A stretch of 64,000 nt of DNA from an uncultured Sphingomonas sp. GTDB taxonomy: Bacteria > Pseudomonadota > Alphaproteobacteria > Sphingomonadales > Sphingomonadaceae. Position 1 is the stretch's first letter; each line of letters opens with the position of its first letter. The notes under the pieces are model-generated. The model was not told the origin of the DNA. It was given only the letters and a program-made list of their open reading frames with translations, and made no database searches. Shown piece by piece: positions 49,675-59,914 of the stretch. The stretch is taken from NCBI RefSeq assembly GCF_964244265.1, contig NZ_CAXTHV010000007.1, forward strand, positions 6,029 through 70,028. The letters run 5' to 3'. The position numbers and the translations under genes are program-made.

Positions 49675-50811
49675 GTGAGCGACGACAGCGACGCCGAGAT
49701 CGAGCTGCAGGAGCTCCCGCTGGACGGCTGGCACCGCGCCCGTGGCGGGCGGATGGTGCCGTTCGCCGGCTATCACATGCCGGTCCAATATGAAGGCATC
49801 ATGGCCGAGCATCTGTGGGTGCGCGGATCGGCCGGGTTGTTCGACGTCAGCCATATGGGCCAGTTGCAGCTGTACGGCGAGGGGCTGGACGAGGCGCTTG
49901 AGGCGCTGATCCCGGCGGATGTCAGAGGGGTGAAGCTGGGCCAGCAGAAATATTCGATGCTGCTGGCGGAAAATGGCGGAATCCTGGACGACCTGATGTT
50001 CGCGCGCTGGCCGGACAGCATCTACATGGTCGTCAACGGCGCGGTGAAATATGACGATATCGCGCATCTGCGCGAGCATTTGCCCGACGAGATCACGATC
50101 AACCATCTCGACGATCGCGCGTTGCTGGCGTTGCAGGGGCCGAAGGCGTTCGAGGTGCTTCGGCGCCACGTCACCGGCGAATGGCCGCTCGACGTCCTGG
50201 TGTTCATGATCGGCGGCCGGTTCGAGATTGCCGGGGTCGATGCGTGGATCAGCCGCTCGGGCTATACGGGCGAGGATGGCTTTGAGATATCGATTCCGGC
50301 GGACGCCGCGGAACGGATCGCCGATCTGCTGACCGCTGAGCCGGAGGTCAAGCCGATCGGTCTCGGCGCGCGCGATTCGCTCAGGCTGGAGGCGGATCTG
50401 CCGCTTTACGGCCACGATCTCGACCCCGAGACGACCCCGATCATGGCCGCGCTCAACTTCGTCGTCGCCAGCAAGCGTCGCCGCGATGAGGCGAACTTCC
50501 CCGGCGCCGAGCGCATCCTGATGGAGCGCGAGGCGGGCGCGGCGTCGCGACGCGTCGGGCTGGTCGTTGCGGGGCGCCAGCCGGTCCGGGAAGGGGCGAC
50601 GGTACTCGACGCCTCGGGCGCGACGGTCGGCAGGGTCACGTCGGGCGGGTTCGCGCCGACGCTCGGCGCGCCGATCGCGATGGCCTATGTCCCCGCCGCG
50701 ATGGCCGTGCCCGGCACCCCCATCCGGCTGTCGCAACGCGGCAAGGTCCATGACGCGACCGTCGCCGCCATGCCCTTCGTCCCCCACCGCTATGTCCGAG
50801 GAGCCAAGTGA
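49675..50811 (+). CDS. gcvT: Glycine cleavage system T protein
   Basis: [45 protein letters not shown]. Confidence 0.96.
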   Translation: MSDDSDAEIELQELPLDGWHRARGGRMVPFAGYHMPVQYEGIMAEHLWVRGSAGLFDVSHMGQLQLYGEGLDEALEALIPADVRGVKLGQQKYSMLLAENGGILDDLMFARWPDSIYMVVNGAVKYDDIAHLREHLPDEITINHLDDRALLALQGPKAFEVLRRHVTGEWPLDVLVFMIGGRFEIAGVDAWISRSGYTGEDGFEISIPADAAERIADLLTAEPEVKPIGLGARDSLRLEADLPLYGHDLDPETTPIMAALNFVVASKRRRDEANFPGAERILMEREAGAASRRVGLVVAGRQPVREGATVLDASGATVGRVTSGGFAPTLGAPIAMAYVPAAMAVPGTPIRLSQRGKVHDATVAAMPFVPHRYVRGAK

Positions 50812-50812
50812 G

Positions 50813-51184
50813 ATGAGCCGCTATTTCACCGAGGATCATGAATGGGTCGAGGTCGACGGCGACGTCGGCACCGTCGGCATCACCGATTACGCGCAAGGCC
50901 AGCTGGGCGACATCGTGTTCGTCGACGTGCCGGAGGAAGGGAAGACGCTGGCCAGGGGCGACCAGGCGGCGGTGGTCGAAAGCGTCAAGGCCGCGTCCGA
51001 CGTCTATTCGCCGGTGTCGGGGACGGTGATCGACGGCAATGCCGAGCTCGCCGACAATCCGGCCTTGGTCAACGAGGACGCCGATGGCGAGGGCTGGTTC
51101 TTCAAGCTGACGCTAAGCGACCCGGGTGAGGTCGACAGCCTGATGGACGAAGCCAGATACGCGGCGTTCGTCGCGAAGCTGTGA
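50813..51184 (+). CDS. gcvH: Glycine cleavage system H protein
   Basis: [25 protein letters not shown] (lipoyl Lys). Confidence 0.97.
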   Translation: MSRYFTEDHEWVEVDGDVGTVGITDYAQGQLGDIVFVDVPEEGKTLARGDQAAVVESVKAASDVYSPVSGTVIDGNAELADNPALVNEDADGEGWFFKLTLSDPGEVDSLMDEARYAAFVAKL

Positions 51185-51191
51185 TCCTGGG

Positions 51192-51275
51192 CGTCGCCCC
51201 GGCGGAGGCCGGGGCCGCTTCGCGACGAAGTGCCGCCCGACCAACCTAACGGCCCCGGCCTCCGCCGGAGCGACG
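51192..51275. repeat. REP-like inverted repeat pair
   Basis: CGTCGCCCCGGCGGAGGCCGGGGCCG ... CGGCCCCGGCCTCCGCCGGAGCGACG. Each arm is itself a hairpin. Confidence 0.8.
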
Positions 51276-51285
51276 GGAATTTGAT

Positions 51286-52644
51286 GTGCGCTACCTGCCC
51301 CTGACCCAGCCGGACCGCGACGCGATGCTATCCGTCATCGGCGTGGAATCGATCGACGACCTGTTCGTCGACGTGCCCGCCGAGGCGCAGCTCGACGGGC
51401 CGATCCGCGACCTGCCGCTGCACGCGTCGGAGCTGGCGGTCGAGCGTCACATGACCGCGCTCGCGCACCGGAACCTGGCCGCGGGCGATGCGCCGTTCTT
51501 CCTCGGCTGCGGCGCCTATCGCCACCATGTCCCCGCCAGCGTCGACCATTTGATCCAGCGCGGTGAGTTCCTGACCGCCTATACCCCCTATCAGCCCGAG
51601 ATCGCGCAGGGCACGTTGCAGATGCTGTTCGAGTTCCAGACCCAGGTCGCCCGCCTGCTCGGCACCGACGTCGCCAATGCCAGCATGTATGACGGCTCGA
51701 CCGCCTGCTGGGAGGCGATCGGCATGGCGCGGCGGATCACCCGGCGCGGTAAGGCGATCCTGTCGGCGGGGCTGCACCCGCATTATGTGTCGGTCGCGAA
51801 GACGATGGCGAAATATGCCGGCGACCAGCTCGTCACCGCCTTGCCGGAACTCACCGTCAGGACCGATGTCGACCGGCTGATCGCGGAGATCGACGATGAC
51901 ACCTCGTGCGTCGTCGTCCAATATCCCGACATGCTCGGCCGCATCGCCGACCTCAAGCCGCTGGCCGATGCCTGCCACGCGAAAAAGGCGCTGCTGGTCG
52001 CGGTGGTCACCGAGCCGGTGGCGCTTGGCCTGCTGAAATCCCCGGGCGAGATGGACGCCGACATCGTCGTCGGCGAGGGCCAGTCGCTGGGGGTCGGGCT
52101 GCAATTCGGCGGGCCCTATGTCGGCCTGTTCGGCTGCAAGGACAAATATGTTCGCCAGATGCCCGGACGGCTATGCGGCGAAACGCTGGATGCCGAAGGC
52201 AAGCGCGGTTTCGTGCTGACGCTGTCGACCCGCGAGCAGCATATCCGCCGCGAAAAGGCGACGAGCAACATCTGCACCAATTCGGGGCTGTGCGCGCTGG
52301 CCTTCTCGATCCACATGACCTTGCTGGGCGAGGCGGGGTTGCGTGCGCTGGCGGCGACCAATCATGCCGGCGCAGTGGCGGCGGCGGAACGGCTGGCGCA
52401 GGTGCCGGGGGTCGAACTGGTCAATGACTCGTTCTTCAACGAATTCACGTTGAAGCTGTCGAAGGAAGCGCACCCCGTCGTTCGAAGGCTCGCAGATAAC
52501 GGCATTCTTGCGGGCGTGTCGCTCGGGCGGCTTTATCCTGGGGCGGACGGCCTCGTGAACGGCTTGGTCGTCGCGGTCACCGAAACCACCACGGCGGAGG
52601 ATATCGAGACGCTTGCCTCCGCGCTGCAGGAGGCGCTGGCATGA
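51286..52644 (+). CDS. gcvPA: Glycine dehydrogenase subunit 1
   Basis: [41 protein letters not shown]. Confidence 0.96.
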   Translation: MRYLPLTQPDRDAMLSVIGVESIDDLFVDVPAEAQLDGPIRDLPLHASELAVERHMTALAHRNLAAGDAPFFLGCGAYRHHVPASVDHLIQRGEFLTAYTPYQPEIAQGTLQMLFEFQTQVARLLGTDVANASMYDGSTACWEAIGMARRITRRGKAILSAGLHPHYVSVAKTMAKYAGDQLVTALPELTVRTDVDRLIAEIDDDTSCVVVQYPDMLGRIADLKPLADACHAKKALLVAVVTEPVALGLLKSPGEMDADIVVGEGQSLGVGLQFGGPYVGLFGCKDKYVRQMPGRLCGETLDAEGKRGFVLTLSTREQHIRREKATSNICTNSGLCALAFSIHMTLLGEAGLRALAATNHAGAVAAAERLAQVPGVELVNDSFFNEFTLKLSKEAHPVVRRLADNGILAGVSLGRLYPGADGLVNGLVVAVTETTTAEDIETLASALQEALA

Positions 52645-54209
52645 GCATCAACCAGAGCGGCTGGCGGCCGACCGCCCCGGAAGCCGGCGAGAACAACGGT
52701 CGGACCTTCACCGGCAATCGCGCGCTGATGCTCGAAGAGCCGCTGATCTTCGAGATCGGCGATGCCAGCACGACAGGCGTCGATTTCGAAATCCTCTCGG
52801 GGGAGGAATTTCCAGGGGGACTCGCCCGCACCGCGCCGATCGGTTTGCCCGGCCTCAGCGAACCCGAAACCGTCCGCCATTACACCCGCCTGTCGCGGCA
52901 GAACTATGCGATCGACCTTGGCCTGTTCCCGCTCGGCTCGTGCACGATGAAGCACAATCCGCGGCTCAACGAAAAGATGGCGCGGCTCCCCGGCTTTGCC
53001 GACGTCCACCCGCTCCAGCCGGTCGACACGGTGCAGGGTGCGCTCGGCGTCATCAACGAGCTCGCCTTCTGGCTGATCCACCTGACCGGCATGCACGGCG
53101 TCGCGATGACGCCGAAGGCCGGCGCGCACGGCGAGCTCTGCGGGATCCTCGCGATCCGCGCCGCGTTGGAAGCCAAGGGCGAGGGCCACCGCAAGGTCAT
53201 CCTCGTCCCCGAAAGCGCACACGGCACCAACCCCGCCACCGCCGCCTTCGCCGGCTATCAGGTCGAGGATATTCCCGCGACCGCCGAGGGCCGCGTCGAC
53301 CTCGCCGCGCTCGGGGCCCGGCTCGGCCCGGACGTCGCGGGCGTGATGATCACCAACCCCAACACCTGCGGGCTGTTCGAACGCGACATGAAGGCGATCT
53401 CCGATGCGGTCCACGCCGCCGGTGCTTACGTCTATTGCGACGGCGCGAACTTCAACGCGATCGTCGGGCGGGTGCGGCCGGGCGACCTTGGCATCGATGC
53501 GATGCACATCAACCTGCACAAGACCTTTTCCACCCCGCACGGTGGGGGCGGGCCGGGCTCCGGTCCGGTGGTGCTGTCGGCGGCGCTGGCGCCGTTCGCC
53601 CCGCTGCCGTTCGTCATCCGGCAGGCCGACGGCCACCTTGCGCTGATCGAGGAGGAGAATGCCGGCGACGACCACCCGAGCAGCTTCGGCCGGATGACCG
53701 CGTTCCACGGCCAGATGGGGATGTTCACCCGCGCGCTCACCTACATCCTCAGCCACGGCGCCGACGGCCTTCGGCAGGTCGCCGAGGATGCGGTGCTCAA
53801 CGCCAATTACATCCTGCGCAGCCTCGAGGACACGCTCGACGCGCCGTTCGCGGGCTCGGGCCCGTGCATGCACGAGGCGATCTTCAGCGACGCGGGGCTG
53901 CCCGAAGGTTTCTCGACGATCGACATCGCCAAGGGGCTGATCGACGAAGGCTTTCACCCGATGACGATGTACTTCCCGCTGGTCGTCCATGGCGCGATGC
54001 TGGTCGAGCCGACCGAGACCGAGAGCAAGGCCGCGCTCGACCAGTTCATCGCCGCGCTGCGTTCGGTGGCGGAGCGGGCGAAGGCCGGCGACCCGGCGCT
54101 CAAGTCCGCCCCGCACTTCGCGCCGCGCCGGCGGCTCGACGAAACGCTGGCCGCGCGCAAGCCGGTGCTGGCGTGGAAGGATCCGATGCTGGCCCAAGCC
54201 GCCGAATAG
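52641..54209 (+). CDS. gcvPB: Glycine dehydrogenase subunit 2
   Basis: [43 protein letters not shown]. Confidence 0.96.
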   Translation: MSINQSGWRPTAPEAGENNGRTFTGNRALMLEEPLIFEIGDASTTGVDFEILSGEEFPGGLARTAPIGLPGLSEPETVRHYTRLSRQNYAIDLGLFPLGSCTMKHNPRLNEKMARLPGFADVHPLQPVDTVQGALGVINELAFWLIHLTGMHGVAMTPKAGAHGELCGILAIRAALEAKGEGHRKVILVPESAHGTNPATAAFAGYQVEDIPATAEGRVDLAALGARLGPDVAGVMITNPNTCGLFERDMKAISDAVHAAGAYVYCDGANFNAIVGRVRPGDLGIDAMHINLHKTFSTPHGGGGPGSGPVVLSAALAPFAPLPFVIRQADGHLALIEEENAGDDHPSSFGRMTAFHGQMGMFTRALTYILSHGADGLRQVAEDAVLNANYILRSLEDTLDAPFAGSGPCMHEAIFSDAGLPEGFSTIDIAKGLIDEGFHPMTMYFPLVVHGAMLVEPTETESKAALDQFIAALRSVAERAKAGDPALKSAPHFAPRRRLDETLAARKPVLAWKDPMLAQAAE

Positions 54210-54217
54210 GAGGATCG

Positions 54218-54733
54218 ATGAACGTCCAGACCGCATCGCCGGGCGGATTGCTCAGCTACCTGGTCCCGATCGCGATCTTTGCGGTGATCTTCTTCTTCCG
54301 CGCGCGCCGGATGTCGCAGACGCGACCGCTGAAGCTCGAATATCTGTGGATGTTCCCGACGCTGTACCTTGTCGTCACGATCCTGATGCTGGTGCAATTT
54401 CCGCCGACGCCGGTGGGGTGGGGCATCTGCGCGGCGGCATTGGCGGTAGGGGCGGCGCTCGGCTGGCAGCGGGGCAAGACGATGCGGATCACGGTCGACC
54501 CCGTGACCCACGCGCTCAACCAGAAGGCATCGGTCGCGGGCATCGCGTTCATCTTCGTGCTGATCGCGGTGCGCGCGGCGGTCCGCGCCGAAGGGGTGGC
54601 GATGCACCTCAACGTCGCGCTGCTGACCGACGCGCTGGTGGTGCTGGCACTCGGCCTGTTCGCGACGCAGCGGATCGAGATGTACCTGCGCGCCAGACGG
54701 CTGCTCGACGAGGCACGCGCCGGGCAAGGCTGA
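54218..54733 (+). CDS. CcdC/DUF1453-like membrane protein
   Basis: GGAGG RBS, about 5 hydrophobic segments, RPLK...LW..P and GWQRG..MRI pattern. Confidence 0.65.
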   Translation: MNVQTASPGGLLSYLVPIAIFAVIFFFRARRMSQTRPLKLEYLWMFPTLYLVVTILMLVQFPPTPVGWGICAAALAVGAALGWQRGKTMRITVDPVTHALNQKASVAGIAFIFVLIAVRAAVRAEGVAMHLNVALLTDALVVLALGLFATQRIEMYLRARRLLDEARAGQG

Positions 54734-54823
54734 TCGCGGCCTGCCCGTTGGGGGCCGATCGGTCGGCGGCAGCAGGGGCGCCCGGCATTGACCCGCTTTG
54801 GGTTGGCGCTATCGACTCGTCCG

Positions 54824-56356
54824 ATGATCAAGCATGCCCTTGCCGTCACGCGCGCCGCCGATTTCGCCGCCTGGTATCAGGCGGTCGTCGCCGAAGCCGA
54901 CATGGCCGAGGATTCGGGGGTGCGCGGGTGCATGGTGATGCGGCCCTGGGGCTATGGCATCTGGGAACGCATCCAGCGCCTGCTCGACGCGCGCATCCGC
55001 GACCTCGGCTATGACAATTGCTATTTCCCGCTGTTCATCCCGCTCTCGTATTTCGAAAAGGAGGCCCAGCATGTCGAGGGCTTCGCCAAGGAAATGGCGG
55101 TCGTCACGCACCATCGGCTGATCCCCGACGGCAAGGGCGGGCTGATCCCCGATCCGTCGGCGAAGCTGGAGGAGCCGCTGATCGTGCGGCCGACCAGCGA
55201 GACGGTGATCGGCGCCGGTTTCTCGCGCTGGATCCAGTCGTGGCGCGACCTGCCGGTGCAGATCAACCAATGGGCCAATATCGTGCGGTGGGAAATGCGC
55301 ACGCGGATGTTCCTGCGCACCGCCGAATTCCTGTGGCAGGAGGGGCATGCCGCCTATGCCGGCGCCGACCAGGCGCGCGACGAGACGATGAAGGCGCTCG
55401 ACCTCTATCGCGACTTTGCCGAGACGTGCTGCGCGATGCCGGTGATCGCTGGCGAGAAGCCCGAGCATGAACGCTTTCCCGGCGCGGTCGCGACCTGGTC
55501 GATCGAGGCGATGATGCAGGACGGCAAGGCGCTCCAGGCCGGCACCAGCCATTTTCTCGGTACGCATTTCGCCGACGCGCAGAACATCCGCTTCCAGAAT
55601 GCCGAGGGCCAGTTCGCGCTCGCCAACACGATCAGCTGGGGCATGTCGACGCGGATGATCGGCGGGCTGATCATGACCCATGGCGACGATGACGGCCTGC
55701 GCGTGCCGCCGCGCGTGGCGCCGTGGCAGGTGGTGATCGTGCCGATGCTGCGCGACGTGCCCGAGGACGCGGCGCTGATCGACTATTGCCGTGACCTCCA
55801 GCGTCATTTGGCGGCGGCCGGCGCGTTCGGCGAGCCGCTGCGCGTGCAGCTCGACCTCAAGGCGGCCAGGCCCGCGACCAAGCGCTGGGGCTGGGTGAAG
55901 AAGGGCGCGCCGATCGTGATCGAGGTCGGCGCGCGGGACATGGCGAGCGGCAACGTCTCGGTCATCCGCCGCGACCGATTATACCGCGAGGATGGCAAGC
56001 TCAACAGCACGGCCATACCGCTCGGTGAGTTCGTGGCCGGCGCGGCGGCGATGCTGGAGGCGATCCAGGCCGAGCTGTTCGCCGAGGCCAAGGCGCGGCT
56101 CGACCGCGGCATCATCCGCGACATCGCCAGCTTCGCGGCGCTGGCCGCCCATTTCGGCGGCGAGGGCGATGCCGGCTGGGCCGAAGTCGCCTGGGCGCGC
56201 CCGACCGGCGCCGAACTCGATGCGCTCGTCGAGCGGCTGAAGCCGCTCAAGGTCAGCGTGCGCAACGCGCCGCTGGACCAGGCGCCGGCCGAGGGCGCGT
56301 GCCTGTTCACCGGCCGCCCGGCGGTGGAACGCATCCTGATCGGTCGCGCCTACTGA
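54824..56356 (+). CDS. proS: Proline--tRNA ligase (archaeal/eukaryote-like type)
   Basis: VRGC, KEAQHVEGFAKE, RPTSET, NQWAN..RWE, EFLWQEGH, ALQAGTSH, C-terminal RAY. No INS editing insert. Confidence 0.95.
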   Translation: MIKHALAVTRAADFAAWYQAVVAEADMAEDSGVRGCMVMRPWGYGIWERIQRLLDARIRDLGYDNCYFPLFIPLSYFEKEAQHVEGFAKEMAVVTHHRLIPDGKGGLIPDPSAKLEEPLIVRPTSETVIGAGFSRWIQSWRDLPVQINQWANIVRWEMRTRMFLRTAEFLWQEGHAAYAGADQARDETMKALDLYRDFAETCCAMPVIAGEKPEHERFPGAVATWSIEAMMQDGKALQAGTSHFLGTHFADAQNIRFQNAEGQFALANTISWGMSTRMIGGLIMTHGDDDGLRVPPRVAPWQVVIVPMLRDVPEDAALIDYCRDLQRHLAAAGAFGEPLRVQLDLKAARPATKRWGWVKKGAPIVIEVGARDMASGNVSVIRRDRLYREDGKLNSTAIPLGEFVAGAAAMLEAIQAELFAEAKARLDRGIIRDIASFAALAAHFGGEGDAGWAEVAWARPTGAELDALVERLKPLKVSVRNAPLDQAPAEGACLFTGRPAVERILIGRAY

Positions 56357-56946
56357 TGGTCATGCCGATCGGCCATGGCTCGCTGGGGCGGGTGCGCGAG
56401 AATTTCGCGCGGCAGTTCACGCCCGACGGCAGCGGCTATGTCTATCGCCGGGGCACGCGCGGGCCGGCGATCCGGCTGGCGGCGGCCGAGCGCGACGATC
56501 TGGTCGCCGAGTTCAACCGCGGGCTGACCATCCTGGTGGTGGTAACGGTCGTCGGGGTCATCGGCGGGGGGAGCCTGCTGGCGGCGCAACCCGATCTGTT
56601 GCCGGCCGCCCTCCGGCCCTGGCAAGAGGCGGTCCTCGCGGGCATGACGGTGATCGTGGTGCTGGTCGGCTGGTGGCACCTCAACACCGCGCCCGACCGC
56701 GCAATCGGCACGCGTCCGCCCGTCGCGCCGGCGCTTGGCAAGAGAGAGCGGCTGCGGGCGAACATGCGCGGGCTGGACTGGTCGCCGCTGGCGCTTGGTG
56801 CGCTCCTCGCAACGGGGCTGATCGTGCGCGTCGCAGGCTTCGAGCGCGAGCCGCTGTCGGCCGCCAATATCGGCTGCATGGCGCTGGGCATCGTGCTGCT
56901 GATGGCATTTGCCGGCTTCGCCTGGCTCAAATACCGGATGCGCTGA
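56356..56946 (+). CDS. Hypothetical membrane protein (4 TM)
   Basis: TGATG coupling to proS, four hydrophobic segments. Confidence 0.65.
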   Translation: MVMPIGHGSLGRVRENFARQFTPDGSGYVYRRGTRGPAIRLAAAERDDLVAEFNRGLTILVVVTVVGVIGGGSLLAAQPDLLPAALRPWQEAVLAGMTVIVVLVGWWHLNTAPDRAIGTRPPVAPALGKRERLRANMRGLDWSPLALGALLATGLIVRVAGFEREPLSAANIGCMALGIVLLMAFAGFAWLKYRMR

Positions 56947-57004
56947 ACCCGGTTCGGCCGCGATCGCGCATGACATGCCGGGTGCGCTCGCGTAGCATCG
57001 GGCC

Positions 57005-59239
57005 ATGCGAAAGCCCGCGCCCGGCCTGCCCACGCGCCAGCAGATCCTCGATTTCATCGCCTCGTCCGACATTCCCGCCGGCAAGCGCGAGATCGCTCGC
57101 GCCTTCGCCTTGTCGGCGCAGGACAAGATCGCGCTGAAGGCGCTGCTCAAGGACATGGCGGACGAGGGGCTGATCGATTCGGCGCCGGGCCGCGCGTTCC
57201 ACCAGATGGGCGGCCTGCCCAAGGTGACGGTGCTGCGCGTCGCCGACGTCGATGACGGCGGCAACGTCTGGGCGGTGCCCGAGCGCTGGGAGGCGGAGGG
57301 CTTGCCGATGCCCCGATTGCGGGTGCGCGAGCGCGGCGGCAGGCGATCGGCGCTGGCGGTCGGCGACCGCGTGCTGGCACGAACGGAAGAGGCCGGTAAC
57401 GGCTGGATCGCGCACCCGATGAAGACGCTGCCGCGCGGCGAACAGATGATGCTGGGCGTGCTCCGGCGCGAAGGCGACCGGCTGTGGCTGGAAGGCGTCG
57501 AGAAGAAAGAGCGCCGCCAGTTCGCCGTGTGGGATCCCGGCGACGCCGAGCCGGGCGACCTGGTACTGGCGGAGAAGGCGGGGCGCCCGCCCCGGATCAC
57601 CGCCCGGGTGGTCGAGCGGCTCGGCGATCCGTTCGCGCCGCGCAGCTTCTCGCTGATCGCGATCCACAAGTTCGGCATTCCCGACGTCTTTTCCGGGGAA
57701 ACGCTGGCGGAGGCCGAGCAGGTGGCGCGGCTGTCTCTGAACCAGGATCGCGAAAATCTGACGCACCTGCCGATCGTCGCGATCGACCCGGCCGATGCGC
57801 GCGACCATGACGATGCGATATGGGCGGCGCCAGACGATGATCCGGCCAATCCCGGCGGCTGGCGCGCGATCGTCGCGATCGCCGATGTGAGTTTCTATGT
57901 CCGCCCCGGCTCGGCGCTCGACAAGGAAGCGCGGCGGCGGGGCAACTCGGTCTATTTCCCCGACCGCGTCGTGCCGATGCTGCCCGAAATCCTGTCTGCC
58001 GAAATCTGTTCGCTGAAGGAGGGGGCGGATCGTGCCGCGCTCGCCTGCCACCTGCGGATCGCGCGCGACGGGAAGCTGCTCGACTGGCGCTTCACGCGCG
58101 CGGTCGTGCGCATCGCCGCCAACGTCGCCTATGAGGAGGCGCAGGCCGTGGCAGATCAATTCCTTCCGGGTACGGAATCCGGGGAGGAACTGGCGGGCAT
58201 TCTCCGTCCTCTCTGGGACTGCTGGCGCGCGCTGGCCAAGGCGCGCGATACCCGATCGCCGCTCGATCTCGACCTGCCCGAGCGGCGCGTGATGCTGGAT
58301 GAAAAGGGGCGGCTTCTGTCGATCGCGCCGCGCGAGCGCCTCGACGCGCACAGGCTGGTCGAGGAGTATATGATCGCCGCCAACGTCGTCGCCGCCAAGG
58401 CGCTGGAGGCCAGGAAGGCGCCCGTCATGTACCGCGTCCACGAGCCGCCCAGCCGCGAGAAGCTGGTCGCGCTGAAGGAGTATCTCGAGACGTTCGGCGT
58501 GCCGTTCGCGCTGGGCCAGGTGGTGCGCCCGGCGACGTTCAACCACATCCTCGATCGGATCGGGGATGCCGACTTCCGCCCGCAGGTGATGGAACAGGTG
58601 CTGCGCACGCAGACCCAGGCTTATTATGCGCCCGACAATCACGGTCATTTCGGGCTGGCGCTGGGCAGCTATGCGCATTTCACCTCGCCGATCCGCCGTT
58701 ATGCCGATCTGGTCGTCCACCGCTCGCTGATCGCGGCGTACCGGTTAGGCGAGGGCGCGCTGACACCAAGCGAGGCCGGCGCGATGGCGGCGATCGGCAC
58801 GTCGATCAGCCAGCTCGAACGCCGCGCGATGGAGGCCGAGCGCGACACGATCGACCGTTATGTCGCCGCTTTCCTGGCCGAACGCGTCGGGCAGGTGGTG
58901 GAGGCGCGGATCACCGGGGTTGCCAATTTCGGCTTCTTCGCGACGGTCGAGGGTGTCGGCGGCGACGGGCTGGTGCCGGTGCGCGACCTGGGCAGCGAAT
59001 ATTTCCGGTTCGACGAGGGCGCGCGCACGTTGGTGGGTGAGCAATCGGGCGACACGTTCGCGCTCGGCCAGCGGCTCGACCTGCGCCTGGCGGAGGCCAA
59101 TCCGGTGTCGGGCGCGTTACGCTTCGAACTGCCGGAGGGCAAGGGCGCGTCCGTAGCCGGCGCCGATCATCGCCCCCCGCGCGTGCTCAAGCGGCGGGGC
59201 CGGCCCGCCAATATCCGGCATCAATCACGGCGACGTTGA
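57005..59239 (+). CDS. rnr: Ribonuclease R
   Basis: IDPADARDHDDA, IADVS, SVYFPDRVVPMLP, HFTSPIRRYADL, C-terminal S1. Confidence 0.95.
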   Translation: MRKPAPGLPTRQQILDFIASSDIPAGKREIARAFALSAQDKIALKALLKDMADEGLIDSAPGRAFHQMGGLPKVTVLRVADVDDGGNVWAVPERWEAEGLPMPRLRVRERGGRRSALAVGDRVLARTEEAGNGWIAHPMKTLPRGEQMMLGVLRREGDRLWLEGVEKKERRQFAVWDPGDAEPGDLVLAEKAGRPPRITARVVERLGDPFAPRSFSLIAIHKFGIPDVFSGETLAEAEQVARLSLNQDRENLTHLPIVAIDPADARDHDDAIWAAPDDDPANPGGWRAIVAIADVSFYVRPGSALDKEARRRGNSVYFPDRVVPMLPEILSAEICSLKEGADRAALACHLRIARDGKLLDWRFTRAVVRIAANVAYEEAQAVADQFLPGTESGEELAGILRPLWDCWRALAKARDTRSPLDLDLPERRVMLDEKGRLLSIAPRERLDAHRLVEEYMIAANVVAAKALEARKAPVMYRVHEPPSREKLVALKEYLETFGVPFALGQVVRPATFNHILDRIGDADFRPQVMEQVLRTQTQAYYAPDNHGHFGLALGSYAHFTSPIRRYADLVVHRSLIAAYRLGEGALTPSEAGAMAAIGTSISQLERRAMEAERDTIDRYVAAFLAERVGQVVEARITGVANFGFFATVEGVGGDGLVPVRDLGSEYFRFDEGARTLVGEQSGDTFALGQRLDLRLAEANPVSGALRFELPEGKGASVAGADHRPPRVLKRRGRPANIRHQSRRR

Positions 59240-59256
59240 ACAAGGGAGGACGAGTC

Positions 59257-59562
59257 ATGGGCGGAGCGGCAGTGGCGGGCGCGGCGGTGGCCAGGGCGCG
59301 GCGCCGGATCGGATCGCATTTCATGGGGCAGAACGCGGTGTCGCCGGCCAAGGCGGTCGCCTATGTGCCCGGCCGCCGGATCGAACGGCGCATGTTCGAG
59401 AGCATGCGGGACAAAGGCGTGGTAAACGAAAGCGCCCCCGGCAAATATTGGCTCGACATTCCCGCGTTCGACGCCTGGAACAGCGCACGCCGCCGGCGCG
59501 CGGGCGTGATGATCGGCGCGGCGGTGGCGATCAGCGTCGCCATTGGCCTGCTGGCGGGGTGA
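59257..59562 (+). CDS. Small membrane-anchored hypothetical protein A
   Basis: GGAGG RBS, soluble domain, RRRR, C-terminal TM. Confidence 0.7.
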   Translation: MGGAAVAGAAVARARRRIGSHFMGQNAVSPAKAVAYVPGRRIERRMFESMRDKGVVNESAPGKYWLDIPAFDAWNSARRRRAGVMIGAAVAISVAIGLLAG

Positions 59563-59894
59563 CCCGGCCCCGGCGGCTGACCGGTGGCACCCCGCCGCCC
59601 GTGCCCTCGGTGATCCACGCCGGCGCGTTGCGGGTGCGCGGCCGGGTCGCCGAGCGGTTCCTGGCCGGGCACGCGCTGGCACCGGAGGACGCGATCGACT
59701 TCACCCCCGATCCTGCCGATCGCGCGGCGTTCGACCGGCTGCGTGCGCTCGGCGTCGTGCGTCAGGCGGGCGGTCGCTGGTGGTTCGATCTTGTCGCCTA
59801 CCATCTACGCCAGCGCGCGCGCAGCCGCGCGGCGGTGCTGTGGAGCATCGGCCTCGCGCTGTCGCTGGCGGGGTTGGCGATGCTGCTTTACTGA
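59559..59894 (+). CDS. Small membrane-anchored hypothetical protein B (paralogue of A)
   Basis: GTGA overlap. Same motif series as protein A. Confidence 0.65.
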   Translation: MTRPRRLTGGTPPPVPSVIHAGALRVRGRVAERFLAGHALAPEDAIDFTPDPADRAAFDRLRALGVVRQAGGRWWFDLVAYHLRQRARSRAAVLWSIGLALSLAGLAMLLY

Positions 59895-59914
59895 CGCCCG
59901 CCGGGCGCGACGCT

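Noticed and set aside
52533-58720. Long minus-strand ORFs 52533..54236, 56350..57849 and 56927..58720
   Set aside because: Shadows of gcvPB and rnr with no recognisable motifs.
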